This document shows, in pieces, positions 10,311 through 20,422 of a stretch of DNA of 64,000 nt; position 1 is the first letter of the stretch; every line of letters starts with the position of its first letter. A model generated the notes under the pieces. The model saw nothing but the letters and a program-made list of their open reading frames with translations. It was not told where the DNA came from and did not search any database. Origin of the DNA: Patescibacteria group bacterium (GTDB taxonomy: Bacteria > Patescibacteriota > Minisyncoccia > Phycocordibacterales > Phycocordibacteraceae); the NCBI GenBank assembly GCA_004322365.1, contig SCTS01000006.1, forward strand, positions 160,756-224,755, read 5' to 3'. The translations under genes and the position numbers were made by a program.

Positions 10311-10945
10311 GGATTTGTTACTGAAATCTGACCGGTTGAGGCAACTTTAACCGTGCGCGTTTCACCTGATGGAGATGTCACTACTATTTTGCCACTTGAA
10401 TACACAGTAGAAGTATTGGAAGAAAATAAAGCGTCTGGATCAGGTCTAAAAAAGACAACATCTAGATGATCAATCCCACTCGGAGAACATTCTTGAACTC
10501 CGCTTGCCGTGATGCCACAAAAACTTTTTACGGTGTGACCACGACTAATTGAAAATGTCTGCACAATTGAATCAATTCCACTGTCGTAGCGTTTATTTGC
10601 ATTTGTATCAACAAAAAATGTATATGAGGATGCGCCAGCAAAACGGAGGCCATATCCAACCTGGAAATTACTACCGTATTGTTTTACAGACAAACCATAC
10701 ACCTGTGCCTCACGAATCGATAGCGCAATATCATACGCAAGACTTCCAAGAAGAACGGAGCTATTAAAACGAGAGTGGTTTGCAAGAACCACGAGTGAAA
10801 TGATAGAAAAAATACCCATCACCACAAGAAGCTCAATGAGTGTTAAGCCACGAACGACGAAAGATTTTTTAATCCTCCCTGAAAGCTGAGTGTTCCCTTC
10901 GGAACCGACGAAGCGTCGCCTAGAAGCTGGAAGCTGGTTGTTCAT
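10307..10945 (-). CDS. Minor pilin, FimU/GspH-like
   Basis: RG|LTLIELLVVMGIF; C-terminal VASTGQI; start ATG overlaps the pilD stop. Confidence 0.82.
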   Translation of the reverse strand: MNNQLPASRRRFVGSEGNTQLSGRIKKSFVVRGLTLIELLVVMGIFSIISLVVLANHSRFNSSVLLGSLAYDIALSIREAQVYGLSVKQYGSNFQVGYGLRFAGASSYTFFVDTNANKRYDSGIDSIVQTFSISRGHTVKSFCGITASGVQECSPSGIDHLDVVFFRPDPDALFSSNTSTVYSSGKIVVTSPSGETRTVKVASTGQISVTNP

Positions 10946-11787
10946 TGGAACCATAATAGATTGGCGAGCCACGACCCAAGTGAGAGCGGTGAAAGCGTCG
11001 TGAAGAGAGCGAGGCCAATGCCAAAAGCAAGAAATGGCACGAACGGCAACTCTGTTTTCATGGTAACCCGGGCACCGTGAGGCAACAATCTTTTTTTTGA
11101 ATGAATAGAGGATAAAAGAAAAATTATCAAGTAAACAATTGTTGCAGACCAGACTCCAAACATAACTGATTCAATACCTCGAAACAGTCCGAGTAAGAGC
11201 CCGGCCGCACCAACAACATATGCGTCACCGACGCCCATACCTCGCCCACGAGTAACAAGAACAATACTGAAAAAACCACCAAACAAGACGGCACCGCCAA
11301 TAAGGGAATCAACAAGTGGAAAAAACGAATTGCTAAACAAACTCTGTGCGATAGAAGCTACAAGCGCTGAACCAGCAAGCATATACACAAAAGGCATAGG
11401 CACTAATGTGTGTCGTGTGTCGTATGCAACTAAAGCTACCAAAGATGCGAGAAAAACAAGGAGCATGGCGAATGCCAGAATTGACCAGAGCGATAAAACA
11501 GGTGGCATTATAAAAAATGCCACTAAAAAAAGAAGTCCGACTATACCCTCAATCAATGGATATTGAATCGAAAGCGCGCTTCCACATGTGCGACAACGGC
11601 CTGATAGCGCCACATACGAAAAAATAGGGATTAGGTCATACCAAGAGATTGGCATGTCGCATGCCATACAACACGAACGCGGACGAGAATGTTCGATGAA
11701 GCCAAAGCGAAACACTTGAACATTAACAAAGCTTCCAACACAGAGTCCGATACCGAACACAAAAAGCGGGAGAAGTACTTCAAGCAT
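10942..11787 (-). CDS. pilD: Prepilin peptidase (A24)
   Basis: GSFVNV, PRSCCMAC...GRCRTC Zn motifs, GMGVGD, LPFVPFL. Confidence 0.92.
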   Translation of the reverse strand: MLEVLLPLFVFGIGLCVGSFVNVQVFRFGFIEHSRPRSCCMACDMPISWYDLIPIFSYVALSGRCRTCGSALSIQYPLIEGIVGLLFLVAFFIMPPVLSLWSILAFAMLLVFLASLVALVAYDTRHTLVPMPFVYMLAGSALVASIAQSLFSNSFFPLVDSLIGGAVLFGGFFSIVLVTRGRGMGVGDAYVVGAAGLLLGLFRGIESVMFGVWSATIVYLIIFLLSSIHSKKRLLPHGARVTMKTELPFVPFLAFGIGLALFTTLSPLSLGSWLANLLWFQ

Positions 11788-11829
11788 ACAGAGAAGTATA
11801 CCTCGTGAGATAACCCGCTAACACGAATT

Positions 11830-11857
11830 AAAAAATCCCCCAATTGGGGGATTTTTT
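11830..11857 (-). terminator. Intrinsic terminator after the major pilin
   Basis: Perfect palindrome AAAAAATCCCCCAATTGGGGGATTTTTT. Confidence 0.8.
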
Positions 11858-11873
11858 AAAAAGGAAAAACTCT

Positions 11874-12326
11874 CTACGGCTTTACATCAAAGATTGGATC
11901 CGTACCTGCAAAGTCGGCACTGGAGCCAGTACAAATGGTACCCGCAGCTGCGTCGATGTCTCCAGTAAGAGCCTGGTTGGTAGTCTCTTCGAAGGTTGCA
12001 CCGAGGTGGTAGCTCGTACAAGAAGCGCCAGTACCAAGCGCTGCGTATCTGTAGGCTGCATTGCCTACAGGGTCAGTAGGAACAACACCGATGTAGGTAG
12101 GAGCAAGGCCTGCAAGTGTCGTTGGGTATGCTGAAGAGTTTGAGTCAGAGTAAAGAGCGAGTGCGATCTGTAGTTGTTTGATGTCAGAGACACGGCGTGC
12201 ATCGCGTGATTTCAAACGAGCAGTGTTCAGAGATGCCAACACGACCGATGAGAGGATACCAATGATGGCAATAACGACGAGGAGTTCGATGAGGGTGAAA
12301 CCTCGTTTTGTTGAAGTAAGGTTCAT
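11874..12326 (-). CDS. Major type IV pilin
   Basis: KRG|FTLIELLVVIAIIGILSSVVLASL, ARLKSRDARRVSD, PTDP; has its own terminator. Confidence 0.92.
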   Translation of the reverse strand: MNLTSTKRGFTLIELLVVIAIIGILSSVVLASLNTARLKSRDARRVSDIKQLQIALALYSDSNSSAYPTTLAGLAPTYIGVVPTDPVGNAAYRYAALGTGASCTSYHLGATFEETTNQALTGDIDAAAGTICTGSSADFAGTDPIFDVKP

Positions 12327-12344
12327 GGTTTTATGAATGGATTT

Positions 12345-13553
12345 TTAAATCGCAGCAGAAAGATTGTAAATCGGCACCAAGACCGATGCTAATAGTATAC
12401 CAACCCCTAAGCCTAGAGTAACAATCATAATTGGCTCAATAAGACCAACGAGTGTATCTACGCTCGTTGAAACCTCTCTTTGATAAAACTTCGCAAGGGT
12501 CTTTAAAATACTACCTAATTCACCCGTCTCTTCACCGACGCGCATCATCGCAACCATAATTCCAGGTACTTCTTTGCGTTTTTCGAGAGCCCCAGATACG
12601 GAGCCTCCTCCTTTCACTGAAGTTGCAACTTCTTGCAAAATATCTGCATAGACTGCATTGCCTACAACATTTGCTGTCACATCCACAGCTTGCACCACAG
12701 AAATACCCGACCCGAGCATCGTGGCAAGATTGTCAGCGATGCGCGATAGATAGAGCTTCTTGTACAAATCGCCCACATAGGGAATAGCGAGTTCAAACGA
12801 ACTGAACGATGCTCGTCCTTGAGGTGTACCTGCGTAGCGGAAAAGAAAGACACCTCCAACAACGAGAAGTATGAGAAGGAATATGCCGTAGTTCACAAAA
12901 AAGTTACTGATAGCTATGACTACCTGTGTGTACACGGGTATTGCTTGTCCTGCATCAATAAGAATTGAAGAAATACGTGGGATGACCATGGTCATCATAA
13001 GGATCATAACGACAAAGAATGTTGCTATAACAAACGCTGGGTAGATGAGTGCATTTTTTGCTTTACTCATCACTTCGTATGATCGATCAAGATAGTCAGC
13101 AAGATAGAGGAATGTCTCATCAAGCTTACCTGACTCTTCACCAGCCTTCACCATGTTCACATAAAATGCACTGAACACTTTTGGATGTTTTGAAAGCGCT
13201 TTAGATATTGGACTACCTGACTGAAGATCATCCCCTACCTCGGTCAAGACCCTACCCAAAAGAGGCTTCTCAGATTCTGACGCAAGGAGACGAAACACGC
13301 GAAGTGCGGAGACTTGTGCTTCAAACAATGTTGCGATTTGGCGTGACAATAAAACAATGTCGCGATTCGTAACACTTTCAAACAAAGTAATACCACCCAA
13401 GAAAGATTTTTTTTCAGGATCAGACTCTTCAATTGCTGAAATAGTGAGGGATCGACGCTGTAGTGAAGCAATGGCAACATCACGGGATATTGCATCAATG
13501 CTCCCTTCTTGCTTTGCTCCACTCGCATCAATTGCTTGGTATTTAAAGAGCAT
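12345..13553 (-). CDS. pilC: Type IV pilus platform protein
   Basis: Two T2SSF repeats (AGEESGKL, VGEETGEL, LIEP). Confidence 0.93.
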   Translation of the reverse strand: MLFKYQAIDASGAKQEGSIDAISRDVAIASLQRRSLTISAIEESDPEKKSFLGGITLFESVTNRDIVLLSRQIATLFEAQVSALRVFRLLASESEKPLLGRVLTEVGDDLQSGSPISKALSKHPKVFSAFYVNMVKAGEESGKLDETFLYLADYLDRSYEVMSKAKNALIYPAFVIATFFVVMILMMTMVIPRISSILIDAGQAIPVYTQVVIAISNFFVNYGIFLLILLVVGGVFLFRYAGTPQGRASFSSFELAIPYVGDLYKKLYLSRIADNLATMLGSGISVVQAVDVTANVVGNAVYADILQEVATSVKGGGSVSGALEKRKEVPGIMVAMMRVGEETGELGSILKTLAKFYQREVSTSVDTLVGLIEPIMIVTLGLGVGILLASVLVPIYNLSAAI

Positions 13554-13565
13554 ACAATCTATATA

Positions 13566-14627
13566 TTACATAAGGCGCGAAAATGCCTTAGGATTCCACG
13601 TTCTCGAAAGTGCATTCTCTGGCGTAACTTCTCCGCGACGTACCAAGTCCGCAAGACAGCGATTCATATCAATCATCCCCGACTCTGTACCTGTTTCAAT
13701 CACTGCATTAATTTCATGGGTACGCTTTTCACGGATAAGATTTGCCACTGCGTCATTATTAATCAAGAGCTCGTAGGCAGGAATGAGGCCTCCAGATATT
13801 CGTGGGACAAGTCTCTGTGAGAATATCCCTGCCAATGATGCAGCAAGTTGAAGACGAATTTGATCCTGCTGACCTGTTGGAAATGTATCGATAATGCGAT
13901 CAATAGTCTGAGCAGCATTGTTGGTGTGAAGCGTTGAAAGCACAAGGTGTCCAGTTTCAGCTGCGGTCACTGCTGCTGCCATGGTCTCAGGTCCACGCAT
14001 TTCCCCTACCATGAGCACATTAATGTCTTCACGGAACGCAGACAGAAGAGCCGCTTGAAATGTTTTAGTGTCGAGCCGCACCTCACGCTGATTGATAATT
14101 GAGTTTTTCGATGTGAACATGTATTCAATCGGATCCTCAATAGTAATAATGTGCTCAGTGCGTGTTTGATTTATTTTTTCCACCATTGATGCAAGTGTTG
14201 TTGATTTTCCTTGACCAACAGGACCTACAACCAAGAAGAAACCTTGTTGTAATTGGCAAAATGTCTCAAGAATTGGCGGTAACCCTAATTCTTCAAGTGA
14301 CTTAATCTCTTTCGGAATCAAACGGAGCGCAATGGACACTGTTCCTTGTTGAAAGAATGCATTGCCGCGAAACCTCATTTGATCTTTATACTGATACGAA
14401 AAATCTACCTCTTGATCTTGCTTAAATGATTGTAATTTTTCTGGTGGAATGAGTGCGCCCAAGATTCCGAGAGTGTCTTCAGGTGTATATTTTGCACGCT
14501 TCAAAAGTGGTATAAGCGTACCTGAAGTGCGAATGATTGGGTTAGAATTTGCAGTTACATGTAAATCGGATGCTCCTTCAGCAATAACAGTATCTATAAG
14601 CGACTCAAGTTCGGATTTGTATTCCAT
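13566..14627 (-). CDS. pilT: Pilus retraction ATPase
   Basis: GASDLH, GPVGQGKST, TIEDPIEY, AAETGHLVLSTLHT, ANLIRE (AIRNLIRE-like). Confidence 0.93.
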   Translation of the reverse strand: MEYKSELESLIDTVIAEGASDLHVTANSNPIIRTSGTLIPLLKRAKYTPEDTLGILGALIPPEKLQSFKQDQEVDFSYQYKDQMRFRGNAFFQQGTVSIALRLIPKEIKSLEELGLPPILETFCQLQQGFFLVVGPVGQGKSTTLASMVEKINQTRTEHIITIEDPIEYMFTSKNSIINQREVRLDTKTFQAALLSAFREDINVLMVGEMRGPETMAAAVTAAETGHLVLSTLHTNNAAQTIDRIIDTFPTGQQDQIRLQLAASLAGIFSQRLVPRISGGLIPAYELLINNDAVANLIREKRTHEINAVIETGTESGMIDMNRCLADLVRRGEVTPENALSRTWNPKAFSRLM

Positions 14628-14629
14628 AA

Positions 14630-15031
14630 TTATGTAAGATGCGTCGCAGCAATTGCCAATGTTTTTTGCAAAACCTCAGAAGGTATCGAGCTTGCCTTAA
14701 TGATGTAGCCAGATGCACCAAACTTCAATCCTTTGTCTATGTCCTCCTGAAGGCCTTGATTGGTAAGCATGACAATTACTGCACCTTTCGCAAGATTTTC
14801 TTTTTTAATTATCTCCAAAAGCTCAAACCCTGATACCCCCGGCATGACAACATCAAGCAGAATAATGTTCGGCAAAAAACCTTTTCGCAGTTTTTCAAGG
14901 GCAAGATTAGGGTCTGGAATTGCTTCAACAGTATGCCCTTCGTTTTTAAATTTCAATGTATACATATCTAAAAGAAACCGATCGTCATCGACGAGAAGAA
15001 TGGAATAGTTTTTTTGAGTAGTTGGCTCCAT
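14630..15031 (-). CDS. Single-domain response regulator (receiver)
   Basis: ILLVDDD, LLDVVMP, LT, GYIIK. Confidence 0.9.
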   Translation of the reverse strand: MEPTTQKNYSILLVDDDRFLLDMYTLKFKNEGHTVEAIPDPNLALEKLRKGFLPNIILLDVVMPGVSGFELLEIIKKENLAKGAVIVMLTNQGLQEDIDKGLKFGASGYIIKASSIPSEVLQKTLAIAATHLT

Positions 15032-15033
15032 AA

Positions 15034-16812
15034 TTACGGCAATTTTTCGTCGGCTTCCTCGTCTCGAAGAAGTTCACCGCCAAGGGTGTTCACTTCTTCG
15101 AAAGGAATAGTACCTTTGAGCATTTTCATAATAGCATCCTCTTTCATCGTAAACATGCCTTGTGCACGCGCTACTTTGTACAATTCATCTTCAATTGGGT
15201 TAGCAAGAATGGTGTGCTCTAGTTCAGGCGATGTAGGCAACATTTCAAACACCGCAACACGCCCACGAGTACCGTTAGCGCACGTTGGAGATGGAGCAAT
15301 CCCATAGACAGTTTTTGCTGCAGGAAGTTTTTTCTTAAATTCAGCAGGTATATCAGCGAATTCTTTTTCAATCATAGTAGCCACAGCACCCTCAAAAGGA
15401 ATAGGTTTACCAGCATCTTCACAGCGAAGCCGAACGAGTCTTTGTGCAATAGACAGAATAAGTGTTGGTGCAATCAAGTACGGGTCAACGCCCATGTCAA
15501 CAAGTCGGGGCACGATACCAATTGCATTATTAGTGTGGAGCGTGGTGAGAACTAGGTGTCCGGTGAGTGCTGCTTGAATGGCAAGCTGCGCTGTCTCTTT
15601 ATCGCGAATTTCTCCCACCATGATGATGTTAGGGTCTTGACGCAATATGGAACGCAGTCCCGACGCGAATGTATAGCCAATTTCTGGACGCACCTGTGAC
15701 TGCGACACACCGTCGATGTCATATTCTACTGGATCTTCAAGAGAGACAACATTCATTCCTTCACGATCAAGCTCCTGGAGCATCGCGTAGAGCGTCGTCG
15801 ATTTACCAGAACCTGTTGGACCAGAAATAACAATAATTCCATAGGGTTTTTTAATTGCTTTTCGAATCGTTTCAGAGTTTTCGTCCGTCAGTCCAATGTC
15901 ATTGAGTTTCTGTGTTTGAAGTCGACGATCCAAAATACGCATCACCACCTTTTCGCCGTGATAGGTTGGAAATGTTGATACACGAAAGTCTACGCGCCTG
16001 GCATCTATGGTTGCAGAAAAACGGCCATCTTGTGGTTTTCTTCTCTCGTCAAGCTTAAGGGATGAAAGCACCTTAATACGTGCAATAACAGAACGCTCTA
16101 GGTTTTTAGGTAATCTGAGCGACGTATAGAGCACGCCATCAACACGAAAACGGACCTTCAATTCCTCTCGCGTTGGTTCTATGTGAATGTCGGACGCCTT
16201 ACCGTCAACAGCATACCGAAGAATAGTTGCAACAATTTTTGTAACAGGAGCATCTTCTTTTATTTTGACATTTCCCTTTTCAGCATCAGTAAGTTTCTCG
16301 CTTGGTGCTTCTTCAAGAGCCACACTGAGTTCATCGTCATCTCTAGCAGTGCTTTGCAACTCCCCAAGTGCCTGCCCCACCTCACCAGAAAGACCTTTGT
16401 ACATTCCAATAATTTTGTCGAAGTCTTCATCGGAGATAAGAAATATCTTATACGGAACATTCGTACGCGAAGCAATGAAATTAAGGGCTTCTACTGCGTC
16501 AAGGTTATCTGGATCAGTAGTGCCAACCTCAAGCACACCATCGTTCAGCGCGAGGGGAGCGAAGCGGTAATGACGAGCAGATTCTTCTGGAATATAGTTC
16601 AGTACCGCAAAAGGGACGACGTCCTCACCAATCTCATGCGTTGGTACTGAGTAATACTCACCACGAGCACTAAGAATGTCACTTGCTGACACCCCCCTAT
16701 CTAAGAGGGCCTTCTCAAGAGTTTTGGAACTTGTTGCAATCTCCTCTTTAATACCCGCAAGAGCATTTTTATCAACGAGACCTTTCTCCGAGAGGAGGGA
16801 AAGAACATCCAT
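15034..16812 (-). CDS. pilB: Pilus assembly ATPase (GspE/PilB)
   Basis: ASDIHIEP, PQDGRF, GPTGSGKST, LRQDPNIIMVGEIRD. Confidence 0.93.
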   Translation of the reverse strand: MDVLSLLSEKGLVDKNALAGIKEEIATSSKTLEKALLDRGVSASDILSARGEYYSVPTHEIGEDVVPFAVLNYIPEESARHYRFAPLALNDGVLEVGTTDPDNLDAVEALNFIASRTNVPYKIFLISDEDFDKIIGMYKGLSGEVGQALGELQSTARDDDELSVALEEAPSEKLTDAEKGNVKIKEDAPVTKIVATILRYAVDGKASDIHIEPTREELKVRFRVDGVLYTSLRLPKNLERSVIARIKVLSSLKLDERRKPQDGRFSATIDARRVDFRVSTFPTYHGEKVVMRILDRRLQTQKLNDIGLTDENSETIRKAIKKPYGIIVISGPTGSGKSTTLYAMLQELDREGMNVVSLEDPVEYDIDGVSQSQVRPEIGYTFASGLRSILRQDPNIIMVGEIRDKETAQLAIQAALTGHLVLTTLHTNNAIGIVPRLVDMGVDPYLIAPTLILSIAQRLVRLRCEDAGKPIPFEGAVATMIEKEFADIPAEFKKKLPAAKTVYGIAPSPTCANGTRGRVAVFEMLPTSPELEHTILANPIEDELYKVARAQGMFTMKEDAIMKMLKGTIPFEEVNTLGGELLRDEEADEKLP

Positions 16813-16816
16813 AGCG

Positions 16817-17143
16817 TTATCTCACTTGCGGAGTGAGCTGTTTAGCCCCCAGTGGAGCAAAGGGGTTGTTGCGTCCGACTGGTTCTTGTACGAGTTCTTG
16901 GCTAAAATCTTGTAAACTTTTAAAGGCAGGGTCTGAAAAAATAGCGTCATCGAGCTTAATTGATTTAAGCTGAAGAAGAATCGCTATAAGATCCTGATCG
17001 ACAGAAGGGACAGCTGACACTTCTTGTGCCGACAATACAGGCTCGGCTGGTTTCGCAAAGAAATATGAATATACAACAAAAGCAATGGCGATTACGAGTA
17101 CCACTATAATGACCGTTTTGAATTTTTTAAATAAATCAATCAT
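16817..17143 (-). CDS. Small pilus accessory protein (PilP position)
   Basis: N-terminal TM and GRNNPFAP motif; located between pilO and pilB. Confidence 0.7.
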   Translation of the reverse strand: MIDLFKKFKTVIIVVLVIAIAFVVYSYFFAKPAEPVLSAQEVSAVPSVDQDLIAILLQLKSIKLDDAIFSDPAFKSLQDFSQELVQEPVGRNNPFAPLGAKQLTPQVR

Positions 17144-17682
17144 GGTTTGAGCCAATAGGTTTTAATATGGAAGGTGAATTCGTAAATACCTGTCTCATTT
17201 GCAGTGAAAGAAAGACCTACCACATCCACAAGACGCAGACTCTTCTCTAGATCAGCAAGGTATTGTCTGAATGTATCGTAAGAACCACTGACATTGAAAG
17301 ACAAAATAACGGACTCGTAGGTCTTCTCATCAGGGCCTATCTGCCCCCTACTGACTCGCTCTTTCGGAGTTTCAATAACTACATTTCTGACACGCATACC
17401 GTATTTGGTCGCCATGCTATCAAAATCAAGTATGAGTCGTACATTATCAACATGGTCGGGCACCAGTTTCTGTAGACGAGCTAAATCTATCTGGGGAAAT
17501 GTGTTGTAGCGACTCAAGAGTTGATCACGAACATCTTGAAGCTCTCTAGAGCGCGACAGTGCAGCATCAAATTGCGCTTGTTCAGCTAACGAATCTTGGA
17601 GACCGAGATATGTTGGATTTATATACCAAAAAAATATTGCGCCAGCGAGACCTAGAAAAAGAATTGGGGTAAAAAGTTTCAT
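17140..17682 (-). CDS. pilO: PilO-like alignment protein
   Basis: TM, coiled coil, GSYDTFRQYLADLEKSLRL. Confidence 0.82.
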   Translation of the reverse strand: MKLFTPILFLGLAGAIFFWYINPTYLGLQDSLAEQAQFDAALSRSRELQDVRDQLLSRYNTFPQIDLARLQKLVPDHVDNVRLILDFDSMATKYGMRVRNVVIETPKERVSRGQIGPDEKTYESVILSFNVSGSYDTFRQYLADLEKSLRLVDVVGLSFTANETGIYEFTFHIKTYWLKP

Positions 17683-18320
17683 ATTCCTTGTGGTGATGTT
17701 GGTGGCACACTTGTAGGTAAAGCTTCAGTGGGAGCCGCACTCACTCCCGTGTACCCTATACGAGTCGTATCAATGACTGCCGTGAACTCAAACAGTATGC
17801 TGCCAGTCTTCGATATATTCACATTTGAGAACACTGGGTCGGTAATGATACTACTCTTACTAAATGCATCTGACTGGAGTGCAACCGCGTTAAAACTAGC
17901 TGCTTCACCAGATGCTGAGAGTAGAGTTCTGGTTGGGTCTGCGATGTCATAAGAAAAATTACTAAATCGTACATTGGTCAGCATAAGCTTCTCAAGTTCA
18001 TCAAAAAGTTGTGAGAGAGCCGTGTGATTTTTAAGAAGAGTACTCCCTGCTGCAATCCTTGTATCAAGGCGCGAAAGTTCTTTTATGGTTGCAGGTTCAA
18101 AGGCTGCACGCGAACGCTCCAAAGATTGACGTTTACTTTCAACTGACTGTATTAAATATTTTTCAAAACCAAAAATACCACCTGCAGAAAGAATCGTCAC
18201 AATAAGAATTGCGCCAGCAATTATGTTTACAAGTGCAACAGGGTTTGCTCGTTTGGCTTCAGTGCGTTCAACTTTGAGCGCAGCCTTAGGTATAAAAGAT
18301 GTCGTGACACGATCGTCCAT
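17679..18320 (-). CDS. pilN: PilN-like alignment protein
   Basis: TSFIPK N-terminal motif, TM, position after pilM. Confidence 0.75.
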   Translation of the reverse strand: MDDRVTTSFIPKAALKVERTEAKRANPVALVNIIAGAILIVTILSAGGIFGFEKYLIQSVESKRQSLERSRAAFEPATIKELSRLDTRIAAGSTLLKNHTALSQLFDELEKLMLTNVRFSNFSYDIADPTRTLLSASGEAASFNAVALQSDAFSKSSIITDPVFSNVNISKTGSILFEFTAVIDTTRIGYTGVSAAPTEALPTSVPPTSPQGI

Positions 18321-18434
18321 GTGGAAAGTGTAACATCTTAAAAAAGCTGCCAGCTTTCAGCTGCCAGCTTTCAGTGGAAATTACTAAATTCTTAAAGCTG
18401 AAACCTGACAGCCGACACCTGAAAGCTAATTAAG

Positions 18435-19574
18435 TTACTGATGCAACGCACGAAGTGCGAGTCCAACAGCAGAAGCAAATGATGGGCCAGCGCCTTTGAG
18501 TACGTCAGAGATAAACGCGGGTGCAGCTAATTTTTCAAACGGAGAAGCAATGACAATCCGTGCATCAAAAGAACGCGAAGCTATCTCCTTCAAGCCTTTC
18601 AAAGAAGCTCCTCCTCCTACAAGAACTACTTGCGACACCGCCTTCCCTTCTTTGCGTTGGTACGTCAACAAAATACGACGAGCTTCAGCAAATATGAAAT
18701 CAAGCGCCGCAGATCCCACCTCAGATTCGGACAAGCCTTTATCCCTTTTTATATTTTCAGCCTCTTGAAATGTAGCGCCCATTGACTTTGCCAACGAGAG
18801 CGTTAAATCTTGTCCACCACGACCTATGGTGTGTGAAACATCGATAATGCCAAATTCAATAATATATACACGGGTCGATGATGCTCCCATATCAATAATC
18901 ATTGCAGGCGCAGTGGTATGTTCATAGGAAGCTCGCCCCATGCTAAATGGCTCTACCTCAAAAAATCGCGGAGTGATAGCGGCAGCTTCTGTAACAAGCT
19001 GATATTTAGCAAGGACTGCGTTGTGAATCGCGACAAGAAGCACATCGGTTGAGTGATCTGATTTTGGAACGCCACCTTGTGGACTCAAAAATTTTGCTTC
19101 TTCCTCAGGTATCACAAACCAGTCGAGCGCCACTTCTGTAATTGGCACAGGAATATATTTGCGAGCCTCTATTGGAATCATAGTTGCCAAATCGGCATGA
19201 TCTTTTGTAGGGAGCGTGATGACATTAATGAGACTTCCAGAAAGTGGTACCGAGAATCCGCCAATTTTTGCTGTCACGTTTGCCTCACGGAGCACGTCTT
19301 TCAAGGCTTCCCCAATTTTTTCAGGTGGAGGCATCACCGATTGCCCTACTTCGGCATTTGCATATGGGCCGAGTGCAATCTCCCCGTAGGTCTCCAATAC
19401 CGCACTCCCCTTCACCTCCTTTACCTGCACAATTTTAATGGATGAAGTCCCAATGTCCACCCCAAGAACACTCTCGCCATCTTTCACACTAAAAGATGAA
19501 GCGAGCTGTTTAAATTTTTCAGACAGTGTGCTGAGGGAGAAATCCATACGAGAGACTACGAACGCTGGGTACAA
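18435..19574 (-). CDS. pilM: Type IV pilus assembly actin-like ATPase (start may be ATG 19547)
   Basis: LGVDIGTSSIK, EARKYIP, IDMGASST, LVGGGA, AVGLALR. Confidence 0.92.
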   Translation of the reverse strand: MYPAFVVSRMDFSLSTLSEKFKQLASSFSVKDGESVLGVDIGTSSIKIVQVKEVKGSAVLETYGEIALGPYANAEVGQSVMPPPEKIGEALKDVLREANVTAKIGGFSVPLSGSLINVITLPTKDHADLATMIPIEARKYIPVPITEVALDWFVIPEEEAKFLSPQGGVPKSDHSTDVLLVAIHNAVLAKYQLVTEAAAITPRFFEVEPFSMGRASYEHTTAPAMIIDMGASSTRVYIIEFGIIDVSHTIGRGGQDLTLSLAKSMGATFQEAENIKRDKGLSESEVGSAALDFIFAEARRILLTYQRKEGKAVSQVVLVGGGASLKGLKEIASRSFDARIVIASPFEKLAAPAFISDVLKGAGPSFASAVGLALRALHQ

Positions 19575-19673
19575 AGACTAATAATTATCATGGTGAATCC
19601 CTATGTCTCCCGTAGCCCTCTCCTAGAGTGGAATCAAATCTAAGTCAGGGAGTACAATGTTTCCAAGTATATC

Positions 19674-20318
19674 ATGATTGGTCACATTCTCCGGAGAATT
19701 CTTGATGCGTTGATTCCTATATCTAGTGAGTCAGCTATTGCCCGTTCACTTTCAGAAGAAACGCTGGCAGAGCTTCTTCACCCAATGATCCACCGTGATA
19801 AACAGTGGATTGTAGCTCTGTTCCCGTACCGAAACCCAAAAGTTCGCGCACTCATCCGTGCCATAAAATATCGTGGCGAAAAGGCTCCACTTCCTGCACT
19901 GGGTAGAATTTTGGCTGATGAAATCATTCAAATACTTGCCGACAAAAAAACACTCGGAGGATGGCGAAATCCACTTCTCGTTCCCATTCCTAGCTCAAGC
20001 GCTCGCCTAAAATCTCGAGGCTATAACCAAGTTGAGAGAATCGTTCTCGCTACGCTCCCCCATCTTGAAGCGGAGGTTACCTATGCACCTGATGTACTCG
20101 GACGAGAAGACAGAGCAAGCCAAGTAGAAGTATTAAAATCTGAACGTGAGAAAAACATTGCTGGCGCATTTTCCGTTATTCGTCCTGAAAAAGTAAGCGG
20201 CATGCATGTGATTCTTATAGACGATGTCGCCGAGACCGGCACCACACTCTCTGATGCAAAGCGTGCACTCATAGGAGCTGGCGCTTCTGAAGTCATTGCA
20301 ATAACCCTCGCGCACTAA
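19674..20318 (+). CDS. comF: ComF-family phosphoribosyltransferase
   Basis: IKYRG, LVPIP, RGYNQ, ILIDDVAETGTT; divergent from pilM. Confidence 0.88.
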   Translation: MIGHILRRILDALIPISSESAIARSLSEETLAELLHPMIHRDKQWIVALFPYRNPKVRALIRAIKYRGEKAPLPALGRILADEIIQILADKKTLGGWRNPLLVPIPSSSARLKSRGYNQVERIVLATLPHLEAEVTYAPDVLGREDRASQVEVLKSEREKNIAGAFSVIRPEKVSGMHVILIDDVAETGTTLSDAKRALIGAGASEVIAITLAH

Positions 20319-20344
20319 ACCGGAAAGCAGTTTGCAGTAGGCAG

Positions 20345-20374
20345 AAAAAAATCCCGACAGGTGTCGGGATTTTT
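20345..20374. terminator. Bidirectional terminator between convergent genes
   Basis: AAAAAAATCCCGAC-AGGT-GTCGGGATTTTT. Confidence 0.75.
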
Positions 20375-20416
20375 CCTAGAACCTAGAACCTAGAACCTAG
20401 AACCTAGAACCTAGAA
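20375..20416. repeat. Heptamer tandem repeat (CCTAGAA)x6
   Basis: Six perfect copies counted. Confidence 0.95.
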
Positions 20417-20422
20417 CCTGAA

